Assembly (NCBI GenBank): GCA_964587725.1
Contig: CAZPLO010000010.1
Location: 1-44,513, forward strand
DNA length: 44,513 nucleotides
Direction: 5' to 3'
Source of the DNA: an uncultured archaeon
Lineage (GTDB): Archaea; Altiarchaeota; Altiarchaeia; IMC4; SCGC-AAA252-I15
The translations under genes and the position numbers were made by a program. Positions 37,802 to 44,513 of this stretch are shown here, one piece after another. A model generated the notes under the pieces. The model saw nothing but the letters and a program-made list of their open reading frames with translations. It did no database searches and was not told where the DNA came from. How positions within the stretch are numbered: the stretch's first letter is position 1; each line of letters begins with the position of its first letter.

Positions 37802-37840
37802 AGCAATGGAATAAGAAGTTCAGGTTAAAAATGGGGGATT

Positions 37841-37932
37841 GGTTGGGGCTGAGCGTCAGGGGGTGTCCTGTACACTGCTGTCCTTCTCATCTAGGGGGGT
37901 GAGAAAGAAACTGCCCTCAGCCATCCCCAACC
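37841..37932 (-). ncRNA. Candidate structured small RNA (or 22-aa sORF transcript) upstream of MATE
   Basis: Terminal stem GGUUGGGG/CCCCAACC plus GCUGAG/CUCAGC, two internal hairpins, TTAAATA box about 25 nt upstream, T-tract downstream. Confidence 0.4.
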
Positions 37933-37999
37933 GTTATCTTATACTAACTGCAGGTATTTAACCCCGATAGATTTGACTGGTTACTATGGCATACAACCA

Positions 38000-38103
38000 A
38001 CCCGTTGGCATCCCCCACACTGTGAAACAACCGCCGCCGGCCGCCAACGTTTCCACAGTCCCTGAATCACGTGCGTATACACTCTATGCCCCCGCCACGG
38101 GAC
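38000..38103 (-). ncRNA. Candidate structured small RNA downstream of truD
   Basis: TTTATAT box at 38125-38131; stems CCCGU/ACGGG, GGCAU/AUGCC, GUGU-AUAC-GCAC and ACUGUGGAAAC/GUUUCACAGU. Confidence 0.4.
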
Positions 38104-38157
38104 AACATACCAAGCCTGTGTTGGATATAAACCGGTGGTTTGTATGTTTTTTTGGGG

Positions 38158-39315
38158 TTAGTTTTTCATGAACTCCCGCAGGAACACGGTGGCGTAGCAC
38201 CCCTTCTCCAGCCGGAAGTCGAAAACCGCCGTGCCCCCATCCACCTTAACATTCAGCTGTTCAGCGGCCTTGAAGCAGTCCCTGTAGTCGCCTCTGCTGG
38301 AGAGCCGCCTGAACCCCCTTATCTGGAAATCATCCGGTTCCACGCCGTCGGCCTCCAGGATGCGGGCTGAAATGTCGTCTGCAGGCACGTCATACCCCAC
38401 CAGCGGGAGCTTCTCGACGGTATAACCCTCCCGCAGGCACACGCTGAGGGCGCGGTTGAACACGTGGCTCTGGTATGCGTGAACGAACATCCTCTGCAGG
38501 TTCCCCGGCAGCCGCTTCAACGCTCCTGTGTAGTCTCCTTCGCGTTCGACGAGGTGGTTGAGCAACGCCTTCTCGTAACCGAGGTTCTGTGGAAACTCCT
38601 GCAGCGCAGCCTTGAAATCCCGAGTCTCTTCAAGATGCCGCCTGGCCTCGCCTGCCTCTCCCTCGCCGTCGAAGGACTTCGCCAGGTAGGTCATGACCGC
38701 GGCCTCGAAGTCGCCCTTGACTAAGTGAAAGCCGACTTCATGGGTTATCGGCCTGACCTCCCCGAACCGCTGCAGCCCGAAGTAGTTGGGGAACCCAGGC
38801 ATTATCTCCCCCCCTATTTCATCCACCTTATCTGCCGCATCCTCCGCCGCCTCACGCACCTTCACTGTGAACGCGTTACCCCACAGCGAACCCAACCCTA
38901 TGTTTTCGTCTCCGTAGCCGAAGTCCTTCAGCACAATATCCTTCAACCCCACCTTTTGAAGCTTCTCCACCGGAACCTGGTATGCGGTCACACGCTGCGC
39001 CGTCAACGCCCTCTTGTCCTTGGTTCCAGCGAACGCGAACCGCTTCCTCGACACACCCACGCTCTTCGCTATCTCCTTGATGGCGCGCATGGTCTCCCAG
39101 TTCCTTTTCACCAAGGTGAAGTGGGTGTATGCTCCGGGCAGCATGTCTCCCCCTAAATTGCCTTCAACCTCCAGGACTCTGCCGTCCGGCGTTATCTCGC
39201 GGACGATGAAGTCCGACGGGTCCTGTTTCAACACTCCTCCAATGCCTTCCGTCCTGCTCCGGTATTCCTCCATGCCCGCGTAAACTTCACGGGCCGGAGG
39301 TTTTATTGGGTTCAT
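38158..39315 (-). CDS. truD: tRNA pseudouridine(13) synthase TruD
   Basis: GIGGVLKQDPSDFIVRE, FAGTKDKRALTAQ, GNAF, PNYFGLQRFG, FVHAYQS, GCYATVFLRE; start likely ATG 39315. Confidence 0.95.
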   Translation of the reverse strand: MNPIKPPAREVYAGMEEYRSRTEGIGGVLKQDPSDFIVREITPDGRVLEVEGNLGGDMLPGAYTHFTLVKRNWETMRAIKEIAKSVGVSRKRFAFAGTKDKRALTAQRVTAYQVPVEKLQKVGLKDIVLKDFGYGDENIGLGSLWGNAFTVKVREAAEDAADKVDEIGGEIMPGFPNYFGLQRFGEVRPITHEVGFHLVKGDFEAAVMTYLAKSFDGEGEAGEARRHLEETRDFKAALQEFPQNLGYEKALLNHLVEREGDYTGALKRLPGNLQRMFVHAYQSHVFNRALSVCLREGYTVEKLPLVGYDVPADDISARILEADGVEPDDFQIRGFRRLSSRGDYRDCFKAAEQLNVKVDGGTAVFDFRLEKGCYATVFLREFMKN

Positions 39316-39332
39316 CCCAAATAATATTCCGT

Positions 39333-39617
39333 ATGACATTAAATGAGTTCCAGTCCCGGGTGAGGGAGTTGGACGAGCGGTTCGGGTGGGCGGGAGACCA
39401 GCCGGAGCATACGCTGCTCCACATCCAGGAGGAGGTGGGTGAGCTGTCGAGGGAGATGCTATACAGTGTCGGATACAGGAATGGAGAATTCAACGCCGGC
39501 AAAGTGAATGACGAAATAGCAGACCTCTTATACCTGACGTTCAAGTTGGGCAACCTCCTAGGCATCGACCTGGACGACGGCTGGAACCGGATGGCTGAAC
39601 GATACGAGCGAAAATGA
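39333..39617 (+). CDS. MazG-like NTP pyrophosphohydrolase
   Basis: MTLNEFQ, EEVGEL, DEIADLL, GIDL. Confidence 0.88.
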   Translation: MTLNEFQSRVRELDERFGWAGDQPEHTLLHIQEEVGELSREMLYSVGYRNGEFNAGKVNDEIADLLYLTFKLGNLLGIDLDDGWNRMAERYERK

Positions 39618-40714
39618 AGGACATCGACCCGTGGACGGTCAGTGAAATCAAGGACTACGGCAAACTGATGACCGAATTCGGGATGGAGCCGTTCGAAGAA
39701 TACCGGGAGAGGTTCGACTCGTTCCGGCTGGTACGCCGCGGCATAATCTTCGGCCACCGCGGCTTCAAGAAGATAGTGGATGCGGTGGACGGCGGCAAAC
39801 AGTGGGCGATGATGACTGGATTAATGCCGTCCGGCAGATTCCATCTGGGCCACAAGATGGTGGCGGACGAGATAATATGGTTCCAGGGCCTGGGCGCCGA
39901 AACCTTCGTTTGTGCGGCGGACATGGAAAGCTACCTGATGCGGGACATACCCTTCGAGGAGGCCCGGCGCATCGCCGTGGAAGAATACCTAACCAACTAC
40001 TTCGCGCTGGGGCTGAAGAAAAAGCGCCTGCACTTCTGGTTCCAGAGCGACTACCTGCCGGAATACTATAAGCTGCGGGACATGGCTTCTAAGCGCGTCA
40101 CATTCAACGAGCTGAAGTCCATATACGGGACGCTGAACACCGGCAAAATAGTGTCAGTGCTAACTCAGGTGGCGGACATACTGCATCCGCAGCTTGAAAC
40201 GTTTGGCGGCCCCAAGCCGGTTGTCGTTCCCGTGGGCGCGGACCAGGACCCCCACATCCGGTTGACCCGGGACGTCGCCTCCCGTTTGAACGCGGACCGC
40301 GAAGGAGGCAGGGACTTCAAGTGCATGCCGCCTTCGGCCACGTACCATAAGTTCATGAGCGGCCTGCAGGGGGGGAAGATGAGTTCGTCGGACCCGTCAA
40401 GCCACATAGCGTTGAACGGGGACCCGAAGTCTGCGAGGAAAAAGATTATGTCCGCGAAGACCGGCGGCCGCGCCACCGTGGAGGAGCAGAAGAAGAAGGG
40501 CGGGGAGCCGGAGAGGTGCATGATATACGAGCTATACCTCTACCATCTGATAGACGACGACCTGGAGCTGTCCAGAATCTACCACGAATGCAGGGAGGGG
40601 AAGCTGCTGTGCGGCGAGGACAAGCGCCGGTGCGCCGACCTGATGGAGAAGTTCCTGAAGAAACACCAGAAGAAGATCCCGTCGGCGCGGAAGAAGGCAG
40701 CCAAGCTCGCGTAG
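39614..40714 (+). CDS. trpS: Tryptophan--tRNA ligase
   Basis: IDPW, TGLMPSGRFHLGH, VPVGADQDPH, KMSSS, TGGR. Confidence 0.97.
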   Translation: MKDIDPWTVSEIKDYGKLMTEFGMEPFEEYRERFDSFRLVRRGIIFGHRGFKKIVDAVDGGKQWAMMTGLMPSGRFHLGHKMVADEIIWFQGLGAETFVCAADMESYLMRDIPFEEARRIAVEEYLTNYFALGLKKKRLHFWFQSDYLPEYYKLRDMASKRVTFNELKSIYGTLNTGKIVSVLTQVADILHPQLETFGGPKPVVVPVGADQDPHIRLTRDVASRLNADREGGRDFKCMPPSATYHKFMSGLQGGKMSSSDPSSHIALNGDPKSARKKIMSAKTGGRATVEEQKKKGGEPERCMIYELYLYHLIDDDLELSRIYHECREGKLLCGEDKRRCADLMEKFLKKHQKKIPSARKKAAKLA

Positions 40715-40746
40715 CCCTTATTAAACAGGCTGCATTATATTTCACC

Positions 40747-41541
40747 ATGAGAGTCCTCCGGTGGCTGTGCGCCCTGCTGCTGCTTACACTGCACGCGACA
40801 CCTGTTTCAGCCGGGTTCACCATGACGTTGACGGTCAACCCGCCACATTTCACCGGCTCGGACACTTCCGGCATGACCGTTGATTTGCTGAACTCCGGAG
40901 ACGAAACCGCTTACTCTGCTACACTGGAGGTCGTGCACCCGTCGGGCGTCGCCCACCACCCCGTCACATTCGACGAGGTCGTGCCTGGCACACACTACAG
41001 GCGGAACGTGAGCCTTTCGATCCCGGACATGGAATCCGGCTCCTACCCCCTCGTGTTTTCGCTGCAGTTCCACGACTCCAACAACTACCCAATATACATG
41101 GTCTTCGACTCCAGGATGACGGTCGGGTCGCATTCGACGTCGAGGGTCCACGGCACTCTGTCCTCCCTGGAGCTGCCGTCGGACGAGACCGGAACCCTGA
41201 CATTGAATCTGAAGAACGCCGACGACGTTCCCAGGACGGTGACGACGAGGCTGCTGCTGCCGGACAGCCTGGTTTCACACAACCCTGATTCCGGGGTGAC
41301 GGTGCCTCCGAAGTCCGAAGCCACAGTAGAATATACTGTGGAGAACTTCATGGCGCTGCCCGGCAGCGACTTCCTGGTGTTGGCTGCCATAGGATACGAT
41401 GAAGATGGCGTACACCATTCATCCCTCGCCCAGGGCAGGGTGAAGGTACTGAATAAGTCTGAGCGACAGAGCATCCTGCTTCCTGCCGCGGCCGCGCTGC
41501 TGGTGGTCGGCGGGTACGCGTACTTCAAGCTGAGGAAATGA
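40747..41541 (+). CDS. Secreted Ig-like/CARDB-type surface protein with C-terminal anchor
   Basis: Signal peptide MRVLRWLCALLLLTLHA; NSGDETA; beta-rich repeats; C-terminal TM plus basic tail. Confidence 0.75.
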   Translation: MRVLRWLCALLLLTLHATPVSAGFTMTLTVNPPHFTGSDTSGMTVDLLNSGDETAYSATLEVVHPSGVAHHPVTFDEVVPGTHYRRNVSLSIPDMESGSYPLVFSLQFHDSNNYPIYMVFDSRMTVGSHSTSRVHGTLSSLELPSDETGTLTLNLKNADDVPRTVTTRLLLPDSLVSHNPDSGVTVPPKSEATVEYTVENFMALPGSDFLVLAAIGYDEDGVHHSSLAQGRVKVLNKSERQSILLPAAAALLVVGGYAYFKLRK

Positions 41542-43811
41542 AGCGTCTGGGAACAGAAAAACAGGTTCGTCTGGCCTCCATCCTACTCTTGGCCGCCGCT
41601 GTATTGTTCAACCTCCACATAACTTCGCCGCTGCTCTCGGAGGGTGTGAACGACGCAGGCGACGACCAGTACCACCTCACCCAGGCCTATTACATGAAAA
41701 AACTCGTCCTGGAAGAGCAGACGGTGTTCGGCGTCGTCACCGCATACGGCACAGGCTACCCGTGGTTCAACGTCCGCCAGTGGCTTCTCTACGCTATGGT
41801 GGCGGCCGCCAGCATGCTCTCACTCAACACGCTCACGGTGCCGGCGGCGCACAACATCCTGTTGATGCTGCTGTACTCCCTCTACCCCCTGGGGGTCTAC
41901 TACTTCCTCGACAAACACCGTCTGCCGCCGCTGCTCTGCGGCTTCGGCGCCCTCCTCGCCCCCCTCCCAATATCGGGGTGGGGGCACACACTCACTGCAT
42001 ACTTCGTGCTCGGTTTGTCGTCTCAGGTGGCGGGCGCACTGTTGTTCCCTTTCGCGGTGGGCAGCTTCCACCAGCTCGTGGAAGACGGCTCCGGCGCGAG
42101 GAAAACAGCGCTCCTGTACGTGCTCACATCCTTCGCCCACCCATTCTACGGCTACTTCCTGGTGTTCGCCAGCGCAGTCGACCTGCTGATACAGCTGTAC
42201 GGGAGGGACAGGAAAAAGGCCGTCGAAACGCTGAAGAAGGCTTCCTACGCAGGAGTCCTCGCGTTCCTGCTGGCGCTGTTCTGGATTATGCCTCTCCCGT
42301 CGTTTATGCAGTACGCCCCCCGCAACCTCCAGATGCAGGCGGTGCGGACTTCATTCTCGATTGAGTCCGCTGTGAACGGCTTCGTCTCAGGCGAGCTCCT
42401 GGATGTTTCAGGCAACTTCGGCGACCCCTCCGACAAAAACCTCCGGTGGCCCATCAACGAAGGTCTCGGCAGGCTTCCTGTGCTCACCTTCCTGACGGCC
42501 GCAGGAATAGTGTATGCGCTGGCGAGGAGGAACCGGTTCAGCGTCTACGCCCTCGCAGGCTTCACAATCTCGTTCATGCTGCTTGTTGGTTCGGACGACC
42601 TGGGCTTCCTGAACCTGATGCCGCTGTCGGAGTATGCGAACGCGAAACGCAGCATATTCCTGTTCGAGTTCTACAGCATCTGCTTGTCGGCGCAGGTGCT
42701 GTACTGGATTCTCTCCGCAGCCTACTCCCTCTCCAAGAAGGTGGATAAGCGGGTGGCTGCGGCGTCATCGGCAGTTCTCCTCCTAGCCGTCCTCTACACG
42801 CCGTATAATGAGCGGATGCTGACAGCCGAGAAGGAGGTGAACACCATAGACTACTGGACGCAATACTTCAAGACTATAGGCGATGCAATCAGGGATGACG
42901 GAATCGACGGCAGGGTCTACGGCGACGGCGAAACAGGTGTGAACTCCGCGCCGGTGATTCTGTCGCAGCCTTGGGCGTTGGACATGCCGTATCTGCGGCG
43001 CATATACTGCACCCGCTTCTGGGGCGACATACACGACTACCCCAACATCTTCCACATATTCAACGTAAGATACCTCATAGCCGGCTCCTCGTTAGAGTTC
43101 CCTCAGCCGATGGCGTCGAAGCTGACCGAACTGGAGGACACCCGCATGTACAAACTGTACAGGGTGGATGGCGACTTCGGGTACGCACTCTTAAGCACGA
43201 AAAAGCCGGCTCTGCTTTCATCCACGGAGGACGGGTGGCGTAGGCTGGCGGAGGTGTGGCTCCACTACTACAAAAACAACAGCCGGCGGGACAGCATACC
43301 CTTGATTGTGCAGTACCGGGGCCAGCCAGTGGACTCAGGGGATTATTCGATGCTGATGAAATACGACCAGGAGCTTTCTCCCGGGCTTGCGGCGGAGTTC
43401 CCGGAGGTGTTCAACGGCACCGAAATGCCCCACCATACGGTTCGGACTGCGATAAAGGATTCCCTGCCAGAGGAACACACTACCCTTGTGGTCCAGCTGG
43501 TCCGCTCAACACACCGCATGCTGGTGAAGGCGGAGTCAGACACACCAGGCCTGCTCATACACAAGGTTCGCTACCACCCCAACTGGATGGTGCGTGTGGA
43601 CGACGGGCCGTGGATGGACACCCTCCGCACCACCCCAGAGTATCCCGGCGTGCTGTTGGACGAGGGCACCCACCTGGTGGAGTTCAGATACAGGATTCCG
43701 TTCACACAACAGCTCGCCTACCTGGCATCTTTCATAACGTTACTCTATGTGCTCTCGCCGCAGAAACTGTTGAACCGTGTCAGAAGCTACTTGGATGCTG
43801 TGATAAGCTGA
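41538..43811 (+). CDS. Large membrane protein, YfhO/PTPS-related GT-C-like glycosyltransferase
   Basis: AGDDQYH after the first TM, GYPWF, many TMs, FNVRYLI, YHPNW..VD, GTHLVEFRY. Confidence 0.75.
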   Translation: MKRLGTEKQVRLASILLLAAAVLFNLHITSPLLSEGVNDAGDDQYHLTQAYYMKKLVLEEQTVFGVVTAYGTGYPWFNVRQWLLYAMVAAASMLSLNTLTVPAAHNILLMLLYSLYPLGVYYFLDKHRLPPLLCGFGALLAPLPISGWGHTLTAYFVLGLSSQVAGALLFPFAVGSFHQLVEDGSGARKTALLYVLTSFAHPFYGYFLVFASAVDLLIQLYGRDRKKAVETLKKASYAGVLAFLLALFWIMPLPSFMQYAPRNLQMQAVRTSFSIESAVNGFVSGELLDVSGNFGDPSDKNLRWPINEGLGRLPVLTFLTAAGIVYALARRNRFSVYALAGFTISFMLLVGSDDLGFLNLMPLSEYANAKRSIFLFEFYSICLSAQVLYWILSAAYSLSKKVDKRVAAASSAVLLLAVLYTPYNERMLTAEKEVNTIDYWTQYFKTIGDAIRDDGIDGRVYGDGETGVNSAPVILSQPWALDMPYLRRIYCTRFWGDIHDYPNIFHIFNVRYLIAGSSLEFPQPMASKLTELEDTRMYKLYRVDGDFGYALLSTKKPALLSSTEDGWRRLAEVWLHYYKNNSRRDSIPLIVQYRGQPVDSGDYSMLMKYDQELSPGLAAEFPEVFNGTEMPHHTVRTAIKDSLPEEHTTLVVQLVRSTHRMLVKAESDTPGLLIHKVRYHPNWMVRVDDGPWMDTLRTTPEYPGVLLDEGTHLVEFRYRIPFTQQLAYLASFITLLYVLSPQKLLNRVRSYLDAVIS

Positions 43812-44446
43812 TTGCTCATCAAACTCCCCAAACCAACTGCATTGAACAACCCCTCCACCTTCTTCTCACATGGTATCCTGGAGAACGGCCATATCATAAA
43901 CCTCTTCGAGCAGGTGACACTGAATCCACCGTCCTCCAGCATATTCTTCAACTCGCGGAGCCCGTATTCGCGGACGTGCTGTTCCCCGAGGATGTACCCT
44001 ATCTTTGAAGCGATTTTGTCGTGCAGCGGGTTGGGTGCCGTCAACACAATCAACCCCCCCTCCCCCAAGACCCGGCGACATTCCCTTAGCATCGCCTCCG
44101 GGTTTTCGACGTGCTCTATAACAGCCGCCGCTGTAACCGCGTCGAATGAGGAGTCTTTGAACCCGAGTTGTTCGGCCGACATCAGAGTTCGCGCGAACCC
44201 TCTGCCGGATTTGAGCAGCTCCATGCTCAAGTCTATCCCCACCGCGTATTCGACGTCCAATAGCTGCCGCAGCCTCTTCAGCATCAGCCCGTCGGCGGTC
44301 CCCACATCCAGGCACCGCAGCCTACGCACGCCGAAATGTCCTTTAACGGCTTCGGCGACCTCCTCCGCCCTCCGGTTCAGCCGGTAACGCATGTCAGCCC
44401 TGAGTATCCTGCCCCTGTGGTATTCCCTGCCCAGTACTCCGGCCAT
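43787..44446 (-). CDS. Class I SAM-dependent methyltransferase
   Basis: LDVGTADG, GIDLS, FKDSSFDAV, IEHV, RRVLGEGG. Confidence 0.9.
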   Translation of the reverse strand: MAGVLGREYHRGRILRADMRYRLNRRAEEVAEAVKGHFGVRRLRCLDVGTADGLMLKRLRQLLDVEYAVGIDLSMELLKSGRGFARTLMSAEQLGFKDSSFDAVTAAAVIEHVENPEAMLRECRRVLGEGGLIVLTAPNPLHDKIASKIGYILGEQHVREYGLRELKNMLEDGGFSVTCSKRFMIWPFSRIPCEKKVEGLFNAVGLGSLMSNQLITASK

Positions 44447-44513
44447 AGAACCAATTTACCTGCGAAACAATATAACGGCCTACACCACCGGCCTGTACAG
44501 CAAATCCAATACG

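Noticed and set aside
37986-38171. 61-aa + strand ORF
   Set aside because: No recognisable motif, overlaps the truD stop, and the region is better explained by RNA structure; not fully excluded
44447-44513. Possible 3' end of an upstream minus-strand gene
   Set aside because: Too short to assign a frame or product

Overview
GC-rich archaeal chromosome segment of densely packed housekeeping genes. Archaeal markers include Spt5, SecE, P0/L1/L11, L35Ae, S3Ae, PCNA, class I LysRS, Cdc48, Pcc1 and an intron-containing tRNA. The style of the Thr/Cys-rich surface lipoproteins suggests an Altiarchaeota/DPANN-like lineage (inference only). Main blocks: DRG GTPase; truncated RqcH/NFACT; ftsZ-secE-spt5-rpl11-rpl1-rpl10 with no rpl12; pyruvate:ferredoxin oxidoreductase porGDAB; rpl35ae; tRNA-Phe; surface/glycosylation genes; lysS-pcn; translin-purS-purL-purQ and purA; geranylgeranyl reductase; GAN-rps15-pcc1-rps3ae; nnr; cdc48; MATE; truD; mazG-trpS; GT-C membrane protein and a methyltransferase. 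No integrase, transposase or CRISPR array was seen. The most interesting signals are non-coding. (1) A tandem copy of the tRNA-Phe 3' end whose T-loop is interrupted by a 56-bp branch-migratable cruciform element. (2) An unannotated box C/D guide sRNA whose two guides appear to match the 23S rRNA A-loop (Um2552). (3) Two tandem ~100-nt structured candidate ncRNAs between truD and MATE. (4) Probable L1 and S15 autoregulatory leaders. Also seen: a shared Cys/Asp surface-protein motif, an RsbT-like kinase and a decayed antitoxin.
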